NCBI RefSeq assembly: GCF_964355755.1
Contig: NC_092675.1
Coordinates: 305,812 to 369,811, forward strand
From: Antedon mediterranea
Taxonomy: Eukaryota > Animalia > Echinodermata
Direction of reading: 5' to 3'
DNA: 64,000 bases
Shown here piece by piece: positions 1 to 12,369 of the stretch. Position 1 is the stretch's first letter, and every line of letters starts with the position of its first letter. A program made the translations under genes and the position numbers. The notes under the pieces were generated by a model. That model was not told the DNA's origin, did not search any database, and saw nothing but the letters and a program-made list of their open reading frames with translations.

Positions 1-1672
1 AACGTGAATTACCATAATAACATATTAGGCAAAAACTAAGTACACTGTTTAAGATAGAAGTATAAAAAAGTTGTAAAATAGTACGGTCAATCTTAAAAGA
101 GTTTAATTTGCGTAGAAAGAAGAGACGTTTTTGTAATTTATTGTATATGCACCTACTATTTGCATCAAATTTAAGTTTATTATCAATTTCAACCCCTAAA
201 TATTTGTAAGTTTTAACTTCCGGAATGGTCTCACCATTGATTTTGATCTTGGGAAGGTAGTTTATCTTCTTCCGAAAATCAAAAACCATCTCTTTAGTTT
301 TATTTATATTTAGATCTAAAAAATTATCTTTACACCATTTGTGAAAAATATTAATACTGTCTAAGAAGCCTGTCATTGAATCATCTTTTGAATCCAGATA
401 ACCAATCAGAGCAGTGTCGTCTGCATATTTAATAATCTCAGTTTTTGTATTATTTGACTTACAATCATTTGTGTATATTTTATACAATAAAGGTGATAAC
501 ACACAACCTTGTGGAACACCCGTGTTAACTTTCAACAACGAGGACAACGTGTGATTAAGCTTAACACGCTGTTCTCTATCTTTTAAAAAATTAAGTAGCC
601 ATTTTATAATCAGTGGGTTAACTTCTAAATCGATAAGCTTATTAGCCAGAACATATGGTTGAATATTATTGAATGCACTAGAGAAATCAACAAAAAGAAT
701 TCTCGCAAAGCAACCTTTTTTCTCTAGGTGCTCAGAAACATTATTAAGGAGCAGAAGCACTGCATCATCAACACACCTGTTTGGACGATATGCAAATTGA
801 TTTATATCTAGCAGATTCTCCACTGAGGCAACTAGCTTACTTTTAACAATTTTTTCTAAACACTTCATTGGTACACATGTAAGGGCCACAGGTCTAAGGT
901 CATTCATTTCCTTGGGATTTGGTTTTTTGGGAATGGGCATGATTGTTGATTTTTTCCACAACATTGGAACTATTGAGTCATTTACAGAGGATTGAAAAAG
1001 TTTACAAAAAGGAATGGCCAACTGATCGGCACACAACTAATATTATCGGGACCTTTTGCCTTACGTGGGTTAAGTTTTTTAAATAATAAGTTCACTTCGT
1101 CCACAGTGATTTGAAAATGTTCCGGGGGTACCGGCAGTTCATCAACGCGTTTTGTTGTTTCCCTCATGTTCAAGTCAACGTCCACTTTATCAAATCTGTT
1201 GTAGAAGGCATTTAAATCATTTGCATATTTCTTTTCACCAACACCCTTTGCCTTCGGTTTATAACCAGTAATATTCTGCAAACCTTGCCAAACCTTAGAT
1301 GAGTCACGATTTCGGAAGGACCTTTCAATTTTATTTTTATATTCCTTTTTGCATTCAATAATTTTCCGCTTGATTTGCTTCTGTATATCTTTTCGCTTCT
1401 CTTTCTCTCCGTCATAAAAACATTTCTTTTTCTTATTAAGGAGTTCTTTGAGTTCTTTGGACACCCAAGGTTTATTATTAGAAAAAACTTTAATTCTTGA
1501 TACAGGTATAATCATTTCTTCACAGAATCTTACGTATTCGGTTACAACGAGGGTCGCTTCGCTCAAATTTTCTGCATTTTCCGTTAATGCATCCCAGTTT
1601 GTGCATTCAAAACACCCTTTAAGGGTCTCGCTGGCTTCCTCAGTCCAACGTTTTACCTTTATGTATCTTTGA
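1..1672 (-). mobile_element. Non-LTR retrotransposon (LINE, Rex1/Babar- or L2-like) ORF2 reverse transcriptase; 5'-truncated, frameshifted, runs off the window start
   Basis: Minus-strand translation gives NNKPWVSKELK, KAKGPDNI, DLRPVALTCVPMKCLEK, QFAYRPNRCVDDAV, RILFVDFSSAFNNIQP, TGVPQGCVLSPLLY, the catalytic KYADDTALIG (about 400-430) and QKRLFFLRKL. Frameshift near 1035. Confidence 0.93.
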
Positions 1673-1899
1673 CATCCAAAGGCAAGGAATGCTAAATTTA
1701 CCCGAATCCATACTTGTTATATATATTTGGCTTATAATATATAAGTTTTAATTGAAACTCTTAAACTATTTTCCCCTTTAGAATGGTAATGGTCATTTTA
1801 TCGTCATTGATGTGATATATTTTCAATTGTTTTGTGTTAGTTCGATTAAAGTTAAACTTTATTCAATTAAACATGTTGTTTTGGGTGGTTATTTTTTTG

Positions 1900-2460
1900 C
1901 TGCTGGTGGTATCTACAATATCTAAGGTAGGCTATATACTTGGGGTAAATGGGGGAACTTTAGAGGGGTCTGCCAGTGCCAAGGCAGTGTACAGATAGTC
2001 TGTTATAGGTCATTTTGTATTGCTTACAATGTGCTAAATCATAATTATAACATTGGTTGCTGGTGGTATCAACAATATCTAAGCTAGGCCAGTTGGGGGA
2101 ATGGAGTCTCTAGTCGAACTTTAGAGGGGTCTGCCAGGGTCAAGGCAGTGTACAGATAGTTTGTAATAGGTCATTTGGTGATTGCTTACAATGTGCTAAA
2201 TCATATAACATTGGTTGCTGGTGGTATCTACAATATCTAAGCTGGGCTAGTTGGGGAAAGAGGGTCTCTAGTCTAACTTTAGAGGGGTCTGCCAGGGCCA
2301 GGGCAGTGTTCAGATAGTCTGTAATAGGTCATATGGTATTGCTTACAATGTGCTAAATCATATAACATTGGTTGCTGGTGGTATCTACAATATCTAAGCT
2401 GGGTTAGTTGGGGGAAGGGGGGCCTCTAGTCTAACTTTAGGGTGTCTGGCACTTGCGGTG
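1900..2460. repeat. Tandem repeat, period about 157 bp, about 3.5 copies; weaker related motifs continue to about 2870
   Basis: The motif tgctggtggtatc(t)acaatatctaag...aactttagaggggtctgccag recurs at about 1901, 2057, 2216 and 2372. Confidence 0.9.
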
Positions 2461-3583
2461 CAGCAGACAATTAGTCTGTTGTTATCCATTTAGTATTGTA
2501 TGAACACAACTTGTTCGTTTGGAATTGATTTTGAGTGGTACCTCACTCATCTATGCTAACTCCATTTTAGGCCCTCCCTCGGGGGGTCTGGCGGGCCTTT
2601 TACAGCAGAGAAAAAGTCTGTCGTTTGTGATACTGTTATAAGGATGCCAATGGGCATCCCATGGTGGTAAAATTAGGTGGTATCTCTCTCATCTAACCTG
2701 TGCCGATTTTTTAGCACGTTTCGGGGTCCCCCGGTCTAGGCGCAGCAGGGGGTACCCGGCAGACTCCCATTTTCATTCACTTCAAGTGACCCCCAACACA
2801 CTCAAATAGTCAGATATTGGTACCTAGCTCATCTAACCAAATGTCTCTGGGCTGCCGGTCTATATCTTAAAAGATTTTGGATTGGCATTTTTAAATCAAA
2901 TTTTTAAAATAGAAAAGAGTAATGCAAGTACGGTAAGTAAAATATTCAGTTATAAGACATTTAATATTCTGAACTACAGTATATTATCATTCGAAATCTA
3001 CAGTACGATATAATGTATTTGAAAATAAATTCATTACACCAAAATAAAGATTTTTAAGTAGAAGAATTAAATTATTTATTATAATTTATAGAAATACCAA
3101 GTTAATATATATACAGTAAGTTTAAATTTAACGAAGAAGTAACAGAAATATTTAGAAATCAGATTTGCTGTGCTGCATCTAATGAATGTCAGAAAAAGAA
3201 TAATTTGATTTAGTAAACAATTAGCATTGCAACCAGAGTCTGCCAAAGAAAAGCAAATACTACTATATAATAAGGTTAAAGTAAAACAAACTGGAACTAT
3301 TCTTTGATTAAAGCAGAAAGGAAAACTTTTTACAATTTTGTGAAATAAACAAATATTTGCTACTGAAAAGTTTTATAAATGCATTATTAGACCAAGATTT
3401 CTCAAATCACCATATATTTTAAACAGATTAATGAGATTAAGCATTGTATGCAAAGTTATTTACTAATCATTTCTAAAAAAAAATATACTATTAAAATAGA
3501 AATATTCTACATATTATTACAAACTGCTGCTACTGTAAGTTGAGGAAAAGAATCAATAAAATAGCCCAATAGACATTGTGCAA

Positions 3584-3720
3584 TTAAGGATCTGCAATGA
3601 AATGTAAACACCTGCAATAAAAGATCAAAACTGGAAACATCACCAAAATGATGACAACAAGAACAATTATTACTGCTATAAGGTAACCGGATACTGTGTT
3701 GCTCAATGTATCTTCCCTGC
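3584..3720 (-). CDS. Transmembrane exon (probably the last coding exon) of the F-type lectin/HYR membrane protein
   Basis: Acceptor tttaaag, phase 1; GREDTLSNTVSGYLIAVIIVLVVIILVMFPVLIFYCR, then either CLHFIADP* or a weak donor (AG|gtgttt) ending the exon at 3612. Confidence 0.75.
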
Positions 3721-4323
3721 CTTTAAACAATAATAGAACATGTTAACTAAAAACATTTTTTGAATTTAGTAAACTAGTTTACAAATTAAATTCTGGGCTT
3801 TATTCAACCATTTATCAGTACAGATCCGTTTTAAAGGGTATTGAGTTACATAATAATGTGAATAATTTGCCATCAAAGTGAACAACCTTAGGCTGGGAGC
3901 CAAGAATAGAGTAAGGTTGATGCCACACATTATCGGGAGAGCTGGGAGATTTGTTTATACATCCATTTTAGTTGATAAAATCTTCAAAATTCCATCAGAT
4001 AATTGTTAACTACTGTGTTTAAGCTATTTTTAACCAGTGAGAGTTTACAATTGGTTAGAATAAGAAATATTTCACACAAAATTAAAGTGAGGTACTGTTG
4101 TCTGAAAAGCAATTTCAACTTGTAACAGTAATGTGCAATTGTTTAGACAAATTATTAGAGCGGTGATTATATATGCATTTTTGCATAATGTTTAATTAAA
4201 TTAAATTCAGGTAGCCACTGAAATCAAAAGATCTACTGTTAGCAGTACAATTAAATGTACTTTTAAGGGAAAAAAATGACTTCTAAGCACTCTTTCACAA
4301 ATGCATGTTACACTAGTACTTAC

Positions 4324-4539
4324 CATCAAAGGAAACTGTAAATTCACAGCTACCTGTATTTCCAGCAATATCTGTTGATGTGCAAGTTACATCAGTTGAA
4401 CCGGCATCAAATAATGAACCAGAAGGTGGAGAACAAGTAGGTGACAGACCATTGTCACTGACCAAGAGGTCATTCCAGGTCACAGTAAATTGATTTTTCG
4501 CACGGTCAGGACATGTTACAACTGGAGCATCACTATCAT
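4324..4539 (-). CDS. HYR domain exon 6 (shortened, 216 bp)
   Basis: cag|...|gtaag, phase 1-1; DSDAPVVTCPDRAKNQFTVTWNDLLVSDNGLSPTCSPPSGSLFDAGSTDVTCTSTDIAGNTGSCEFTVSFD. Not in the ORF track. Confidence 0.88.
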
Positions 4540-5072
4540 CTGGGAAATGGAATGCAAGTTACTGGTAAAATTCAAATGAAAGAAAGCTCATAGAAACCAA
4601 ATGAAAATGGTTATAATCAGAAAAACTTTGAGTAATGACCGAGAAAGGTAACATTAAAGTAAAAAGCAGAAGTTAAAGGGAAAGCATGAATACATCTGTA
4701 CTGTAATCACAAGCAAAACATTGTCAATTACTACTGTAATGATATTAATTGATAAAACTAGTATAGCGCCACCTATGGCAACTCTTGATAAGACACACAT
4801 AACATGGCGATACAATCGTATACTTGGAATACATTAAAGTTAGAGTTTAAAGATAAGTTGTGTGTCAGTACTTTATTGTCGTGTCCAGGGAGAACCACTA
4901 CAACTACCAAATTAACTGTACTCAATAATTACTCCATGACTCAATTAAATAAATGAAAATTGCACTTAATGATGCTTAACATGAAAAGAAGGACCACCAG
5001 TACAAATCACTGTTATAGAAACCTATTGTGGATTACCAGAAAATGATCAATATAGTAAAAAAAAGCCTTTAC

Positions 5073-5312
5073 CAATAATGATATTAACTGTAAATTGACA
5101 ACTTCCCACGTTCCCAGCAATATCTGTAGCAGTACATTTAACACCATTTGAGCCAATATTAAATGATGAACCAGAAGCTGGAGTACAAGTTGCTGACAGA
5201 CCATTGTCAACATTGTCACTCACTGAGGGGTCATCCCAGGTCACTGTAACTTGTTCTATGTTTGTACGTTCTTCAATGTTATCAGGACATGTTACAATTA
5301 GACCCCCAGAAT
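5073..5312 (-). CDS. HYR domain exon 5
   Basis: 240-bp phase 1-1 exon; VTCPDNIEERTNIEQVTVTWDDPSVSDNVDNGLSATCTPASGSSFNIGSNGVKCTATDIAGNVGSCQFTVNI. Confidence 0.9.
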
Positions 5313-5566
5313 CTTTATAAAGAATAAATTAAATTAGATATCATGGGTGGGACATCATTAGTTTGATTCTTTTACAATGCATCATGTATAGTGCAAAAAT
5401 ATTGAGAGTACTCTTAAGTATAAAATAATCCTCTAATACATTATCAATTAACCCCTTTGTTTACTGAAACCAGTTGAGTTTTGTGACAAGGAATATAAAT
5501 TGACTTTCCTGTTCATAGATTTAAAAAAGTTAATAAAAATAGCACAAGTTTGTAGTTGTACTTTAC

Positions 5567-5803
5567 CATTGATAATAACTGTAAATTGACAACTTCCCAT
5601 ATTACCAGCACTATCTGTAGCAGTACAAATAACATTAGTTGAACCAGCATTAAATAAGGAACCAGAAGGTGGAGTACAAGTAGCTGACAGACCAGTATCA
5701 ACATTATTACTCACTGAGGGGTCATCCCAGGTCACTGTAGTTCCTTCTGTGTTTGTATCCATGGTTATATCATCAGGGCATATAACAATGGGAATTCTTC
5801 CAT
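5567..5803 (-). CDS. HYR domain exon 4
   Basis: 237-bp phase 1-1 exon; CPDDITMDTNTEGTTVTWDDPSVSNNVDTGLSATCTPPSGSLFNAGSTNVICTATDSAGNMGSCQFTVII. Confidence 0.9.
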
Positions 5804-7439
5804 CTTATAAAAAATTCATTCGGAAAATAATTAAAGTGGAAATGAACAAGAAAAGACAAAATAGTTTGAGCAGAAGTGACTAATTTCATTCATTATTTTC
5901 ATTAGAAAAAACAAGCATTTTATTAAAGGAAAAATCAATATGTTTTAGAAGCAAAAGCAAAGCAGATATTTAGGCCCCATTTTGATATGAATCCAAACTC
6001 AGGGTTTGCATAATATTGTTCATTAAATACGTGTTCTTCTAAACTTCTTTTTTAAACATTATTATTTTTGCGAAGAAAACTTTAATGATGATAATAGCAG
6101 ACAATTTGTTAAGATTAAAAATATTTAAGATATAGGAAACCATGGTCATATTTCAAAATTTTATATATATCTAATTAATGTCAAAATTAGAATTTAATGG
6201 AAAGGTACAGTGAGCTGCTAAAATTAAACGAATTTATAAAATTATTATATATAATATTTTTAACATATATAAAATTTTCCATCAACGCAGAAAATAATCA
6301 ATACTGAAACGAATATACTATAGTACTACCCTTGTTATCTTCAAGAAAAATTATTTTTAAGGTGAGACTTTTTAATAATTGTATAATTTTGTATTGTTAG
6401 ATTTTAAGATTTTTATATATTTTTATATGGTATAGTTTATTCCATTCTGTAAGGGGCGGGTTTCCCGCTGTTGAATGAATTTGAATAAAATAAAATAAAA
6501 TAAAATAATATAGACCGAGATTTTTTGCCTATTATAATAATTTAATAACAAAATATATTTTTAATTCATAATCACCAATATTAATTATCTACACTCTACC
6601 ATTTTTCATAATAAGATATTGTGGAACCATGTCAGGTCAAGTTCAATATTGAATATTGAAACGTGGCAGGCTGAAGGCACTTGACCTTTGACAAGATCGC
6701 CTATAATTGTTTTAGTATATTAGACAAGTTCTATTTCCTCTGAAATATGGTGTAAGAACCATTTTTGGGTAGAAGCTGGGATCCACTTGATTTAGGATAT
6801 TTCGACCTCGCTGATTACGAATATGGCGGATCCCAAGCGAAATTTGGCCATCTAAGCCCTTAATTTGCATAATTAAAAATGGCGGCCATTTTTTATAATT
6901 ACCATATATCTCGAGAACCACTAGTCACAGATACTTAATTTTGGTCTCAAAATGTTTTAAATATATGTTTTTATATTCACTTTAAAAACACATTTTCTCA
7001 AAAAATGGATGCAAGTCTTATTTCTGACATTTTGACCTTTGACCTTGATTTATCGTATCTCAGTAACCAATAATCGGAGAGACACGAAATAGGGCTCAAA
7101 TTGTTCAGAAACTATACATTCATATTTATTATAATGAAATGTTTTTACAAAAAATGACCGATTCTACAACTATTGACCTTTGAACTATTAGTCAAATATA
7201 ATAATATACTAATAATATAACTTTGAAAATTGTGGTCTTATGAATTTTGTTTTCTTTTTAAATTGTTTAAAACATGTGTGTTTCTATCCAGTCTAATGGC
7301 ACATTTTGTACAAGAATGGCCGATAGTATGGTTATTGACCTTTAAACTACAGCATAGGCCTACTGTATACTAAATATAATATAATTGCATAAATAACTAT
7401 GAAATTATTTATACACAATAATAATTAGTAAAATTATAA

Positions 7440-7925
7440 AATTCACTGCCATCAAATATGATGTCACTTTTATGATTTATATAGATTAAAAAAAAATGTG
7501 AACACGCAAGTTACATTTGTTGAAATTTGAAATTTTAAATTACCTGCCATCAATATGATGGAGTATGATTATAGATTTTTAAAAATGTGAACATGTTAGC
7601 TAAATGTGGAAATTACATGCCATCAATATGATGGATTATGATTATAGATTTAAAAAAGAATTTGAACACGTAAGCTAAATTTGAAAATTACCTGCCATCA
7701 ATATGATGGATTATGATTATAGATTTAAAAAAGAGTTTGAACACGTAAGCTACATTTGAAAATTACCTGCCATCAATATAATGGATTATGATTATAGATT
7801 TAAAAAAGAATTTGAACATGTCAGCTACATTTGGAAACTTGGAAATTACCGGCCATCAATATGAAGGATTATGATTGTATAGGTTTGAAAGAAATGTGAA
7901 CACGTAAGCTACATTTGGAATGAAC
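7440..7925. repeat. Tandem repeat, period about 75 bp, about 6 copies, inside the transposon
   Basis: gccatcaatatgatggattatgattatagatttaaaaaagaatttgaacacgtaagctacatttgaaaattac recurs at about 7447, 7545, 7618, 7693, 7767 and 7852. Confidence 0.9.
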
Positions 7926-7937
7926 ATGTCAAGGGCA

Positions 7938-8290
7938 TCAGTTTTGATCATTCATGCAAAGGTTTCCGTCATCTTTAGCGTTGTTACAGCAGCATAAAGC
8001 TGTACATGGTAGTTTTGACTTCTTGCACCTACATCTATATGGTTATGCATCGTGTCTTGCGTCCACAATAAATCATCTCTAACGAAGGAGTAAGAATAGC
8101 TTCATTTTTCAGAAGCACTGGTTGAAGTTTACCATTAGATAGCTCCCAACCAAAATCTGTTGGTGATGGCAAATGCTGGATTGGCGATACAGCTTTTTTC
8201 AATACGAGTGCTTGGAAGTGTGCTCTTTATATGCTGGTGCACTGCATCGCTTGTTGGAGGTAATGCCTCAATAACCATACTATCGGCCAT
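7938..8290 (-). pseudogene. Frameshifted C-terminal fragment of an Academ-type transposase with CXC-like Cys cluster
   Basis: EALPPTSDAVHQHI/RAHFQAL...LPSPTDFGWELSNGKLQP...EMIYCGRKTRC/RCRCKKSKLPCTALCCC...LCMNDQN*. Confidence 0.75.
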
Positions 8291-8771
8291 TCTTGTACAA
8301 AATACATTTGAGAAAATGTGTCATGAAAGTGAATATAAAAACATATATTCAAAACATTTTGAGATCAAAATTAATTATCTGTGACTAGTGGTTCTCGAGA
8401 TATAGGGTTAATTATAACAAATGGCCGCCATTTTTAATTATGCAAATTAAGGGCTTAGATGGCCGAATTTCGCTTGGGATCCGCCATATTCGTAATCAGC
8501 GAGGTCGAAATATCCTAAATCAAGTGGATCCCAGCTTCTACCCAAAAATGCTTCTTGATTCGTTTTCTAAGCCGTTTTTTGAGAAATGGAACCTGTCTAT
8601 ATTAACTTTACAATACTTAGTGTTGTATATTCTGGTACAGCCGCTCCATAATCTCTTAAAAAAAGAAATATATCAATACGATACATTTTTGTAACAACAA
8701 AAAACAGACAAAAGTTTAAATAAAGTAAACATGCAGAAACTTAAGAAGTGGCATAATAAATTCTGACTAAC

Positions 8772-9008
8772 CATTAACAGTAACTATGAATGTACATTCT
8801 CCTTCTCGGCCAGCATTATCAGTTGCAGTACAAGTGACACTATATGAACCAATATTAAATGATGAACCAGAAGGTGGAACACAAGTAGCTGACAGACCTG
8901 TATCAAAATTGTCACTGACTGAGGGGTCATCCCAAGTCACTGTAGTTTGGTCTGTGCCTGTATCTTCTTCAATGTTACTTGGGCAGGTCACTTGAGGATT
9001 ACCAGTAT
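8772..9008 (-). CDS. HYR domain exon 3
   Basis: 237-bp phase 1-1 exon; DTGNPQVTCPSNIEEDTGTDQTTVTWDDPSVSDNFDTGLSATCVPPSGSSFNIGSYSVTCTATDNAGREGECTFIVTVN. Confidence 0.92.
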
Positions 9009-9572
9009 CTATACGAAATATTTGTATAACATTCATAAAAATAATGTTGGCCATAACAATTATAGACCTTCAATTCAAAATATTTTATATTATAGAACAC
9101 ATAAATAGATTCTTGTCATTTAATTGGATGATTGTGGATCACATGATAAGTAATTGCCTATTCACATATCGTGGTGAATTCCAATTTTTACTGACTACAG
9201 CCCAGATAATGACAGCATAACAACAATCCTTTGCATATGATCCAGCAAGAGAACAGTAAATTACTCAATTATAGGTTGAAGACCAGAACAAGAAGCGACA
9301 TCCATCACAACAAGAAGAAATGGCAAATTCCGATTGAAATTTGCTGTTGGAACTCAAAAAACACCAAAAAGCAAAATCAAATATACGGTCAGTAGCCTGT
9401 AGAGGCAAATACCCTCTTTAGATGTTCATGCTATGGTACAAATAATTTCATTCGGTGAAAGAGGAAAGGCCACATAACGCCATCTTAAATAATTTATACC
9501 AGCTCACACATAAACAATCATTATTTGTATATTATACATTTAAGTTTTTAAATGAATGCTTACAAAACTTAC

Positions 9573-9812
9573 CAAATACACTAACTGTGAAAGTACAACT
9601 ACCACTGTTGAAAGCCATATCTCTAGCTGAACAATAAACATCAGTTGAACCAATATGAAATAATGAACCAGAAGGTGGAGTACAAGTAGCTGACAGACCA
9701 GTATCAATATTATCACTGACTGAGGGGTCATTCCAGGTCACTGTAACTTGGTTTGATATTGATGCACCTCTACCTATATCAGCAGGGCAATCAACACTGG
9801 GACTAATGTTGT
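9573..9812 (-). CDS. HYR domain exon 2
   Basis: 240-bp phase 1-1 exon (ctag|...|gtaag); DNISPSVDCPADIGRG...VTWNDPSVSDNIDTGLSATCTPPSGSLFHIGSTDVYCSARDMAFNSGSCTFTVSV. Confidence 0.92.
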
Positions 9813-10307
9813 CTAGCAAAACAATATAGGATGTAAAACTAATTAATAATGTATGTATCATATGTATAAATACTTACTTTACCAAACCCATACACTTTTG
9901 AGCTGACCATACATTTGGTTTTGAGAATCTGGTTTTCAATTATATACAATAAATATTGGTACAACTGGTATTGGAAGATTTTCCAATTGTTAAACTTACT
10001 TTTTAGCATATGTAAACTGGATTTTTGGTGTTCAATTTAGCTATTATTATTATTATTAGTAGTATTATTGCATAAGCACAGTGTCTTGTTATTTATGCAA
10101 ATTATACAATTTCCAACCGTTACCAGAATAGGAAGCAGTTGTAAGTGCTCTATAGTCCAAAAGATCAAATAAATAAAATGAAAAAAGTGCTTTAAATATG
10201 AAAATTTGTTTTAAATAGCTCTATATTATGAGTACCACACTTACACCACAATAATATACAACAAGTAATAGATTGTATTTATGTCAAAAGTGAGATATGT
10301 CTCTTCA

Positions 10308-10676
10308 ATTTGTTTTTTTTGTTTAAACAACACTCATGAAGTCTAGACCTACTGAAAACTAAACTTCCTAAATTGACAATTTGTGAAACTACTGTAAAGT
10401 ATAACATACCTGATACAACTTGAACAGTAAAAGTGCATTCACCAGTATTAGTATCACTATCAGTTGCAGTACATGTTATAGTAGTAGTAGAGCCAACAAG
10501 AAATGATGAACCAGATGGTGGAGTACAGCTGGCAACCAGGTCAGTGTCAACATCATCAGTCACTGTTGGTGCATCCCATGTCACAGTTTGCAGTAGTTTC
10601 ACAAATTGTCAATTTAGGAAGTTTAGTTTTCAGTAGGTCTAGACTTCATGAGTGTTGTTTAAACAAAAAAACAAAT
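10308..10676. repeat. Near-perfect inverted repeat of 86-87 bp (arms 10308-10394 and 10591-10676)
   Basis: The two arms are reverse complements apart from one base in a T/A run. Confidence 0.95.
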
Positions 10677-10731
10677 AGTTGTGTAGAAGCAATAATATCA
10701 TCAGGACAGGTCACAACTGGTATAACAGGCA
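10410..10731 (-). pseudogene. HYR domain exon 1, interrupted by an 86-bp inverted insertion carrying an in-frame stop
   Basis: PVIPVVTCPDDIIASTQ-[insert 10591-10676, contains TGA]-QTVTWDAPTVTDDVDTDLVASCTPPSGSSFLVGSTTTITCTATDSDTNTGECTFTVQVVS; splice sites intact. Confidence 0.85.
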
Positions 10732-11195
10732 CTACATGTCAGGAAAAAAAAATGATGAATACACATGGCAAGACAAACAGTGCAGCTACTGTAGGCCAGT
10801 TTCTACTTTGCCAGTTGGTAAAAGCAATGCTATAACTATTTGATGCTCATTGAGATGGATAAGCAGATATTTTAAATTTTAATTTGAAAACCGGTATGAA
10901 AATATTACTTTTTAATGAAAACGGTAGAAACAGGGGGCTAAATCAGTAGGCGGTAAAAATGCTAAAAAATCGGTAGCCTTCTCTGTGAATCGGTAGGGTT
11001 GGCAGGTATGCATTTGGAACCCTACCTAAGTGATATATAATGGTAATAATTAACACGCTCTAATGTACGTTCAGATTTCAGTAAACATTTTGAGAAATTT
11101 TGCCATGCTAAAGTTGGAGCACTTTTTGAATGGCCTAGCTTCCCGGCCTGGCATTCGTTAATAATTTACTATGGATAAATTGAATAAAAGTAGTT

Positions 11196-11337
11196 AATGA
11201 ATATTTTGTATTTATTGAATGGAGAGAATATTTCATGTAATGAAAAGATGACTGCTCTATTTTCAACTCGGCTCCGTCTCGTTAAAAATAGAGCAGTCCC
11301 GAAATGTTCTCACCATCCAATTCATAAACATTCATTT
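11196..11337. mobile_element. Short palindromic MITE-like element
   Basis: Central hairpin gactgctctatttt...aaaatagagcagtc with degenerate inverted flanks (aatgaat...gagaatatttc / gaaatgttctc...attcatt). Confidence 0.5.
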
Positions 11338-11380
11338 GGATGATAGATTTATCCTAACAATTATTTGATATGTTAATTAC

Positions 11381-11572
11381 CTCCATTAACCTGTACTTCA
11401 CAAACAATGATTTCATTGATATTACTGTTATGTAAAGAAACATAACGTCCAATCAAAGATGGATTGCAGTTTACAAAGTGATGACCAGAAGGGATAGATC
11501 CACAGATGTTAGTGGAACTAAGGATTGAATTGGTAAAACTAGTAACACGCACCTCAATGCCAGTAAGTGTTG
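11381..11572 (-). CDS. F-type lectin (fucolectin/FTP) domain, exon 3
   Basis: ttcag|...|gtaat; TLTGIEVRVTSFTNSILSSTNICGSIPSGHHFVNCNPSLIGRYVSLHNSNINEIIVCEVQVNG, with the GRYV...CEVxV signature. Confidence 0.88.
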
Positions 11573-12285
11573 CTGAAATATTAAAATATCAGTAAAAAAA
11601 ACTTATTAGCAATCACTGCAGGTACATATTGACCTACATATATTCAATACTTGTATTTAATATGTAACATTACCAATACATTTATTCAAGAAGAATTATT
11701 GGTGAGTTCTATAAATTTATAATGGTGAACTGATATTTAAACAAAATGAGTATTAACAATTACTATGGGAAGAAACAGCATTATGATGTAATTATGATTA
11801 CAATAGACATGGGTGTAGTATGACATCCATCAACACAAGGCAATTTGTTTTTTAATATTTTTATAATCATAATCTCCTCAATTCAAAGCATCAAGTATGC
11901 GAAGCATCATCCTCCCAAGCATCATGTTACTGTACTGTTACATTAAGAAATCCATACAGTAGGCACCCAAAGGTAAGTTTAGGATTCTACAGTACTAGTG
12001 TTGGTGTCAGTATTCAATATTCAGTATTTTATTGCCACTCACTTTATCAAGCAGTTGCACACACCTTTCGGAGTACAAAAATAAACCACAAAATATAAAA
12101 GGAAACGATCCATAAAAAAAAAAAATAATAATTATATAAAATAATAATAATAATAATAAATAACAAATAAAAATATGAAACATTTCATATAAACAAAAAT
12201 GACAATTCATCAAAATCAAAGGAAACAAAATATATAGTAATACACTTTAGTAATAATGTCATGCAGTAATTACTGTAGTACTAAC

Positions 12286-12369
12286 CTGCAAATTGAGTTG
12301 CTGGGAATACATTAACATAGTCAATGCTGTATGTATCTCCTAAATCAACATACCAAAAAGCAGTTGCCC
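12286..12369 (-). CDS. F-type lectin domain, exon 2 (an alternative in-phase acceptor would end it at 12378)
   Basis: tgcag|...|gttag; ATAFWYVDLGDTYSIDYVNVFPATQFA, with the WxVDLG signature. Confidence 0.85.

Larger units (their letters stand above)
6721..8599 (-). mobile_element. Internally deleted DNA transposon (Academ-like) in a HYR-gene intron
   Basis: Imperfect inverted arms of about 280 bp (6721-7000 and 8307-8599); termini TAGACARGTTC...GAACCTGTCTA flanked by TAT on both sides; internal Cys-rich transposase C-terminal remnant. Confidence 0.8.

Noticed and set aside
6712-8694. Paired MQIKGLDG ORFs as duplicated genes
   Set aside because: They are translations of the two transposon inverted arms.
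10591-10676. The insert as a newly gained intron
   Set aside because: There are no GT/GC...AG boundaries on the coding strand that restore the HYR frame.
12007-12228. 73-aa hydrophobic ORF as a membrane peptide
   Set aside because: It arises from A-rich and (taa)n low-complexity intron sequence between lectin exons.
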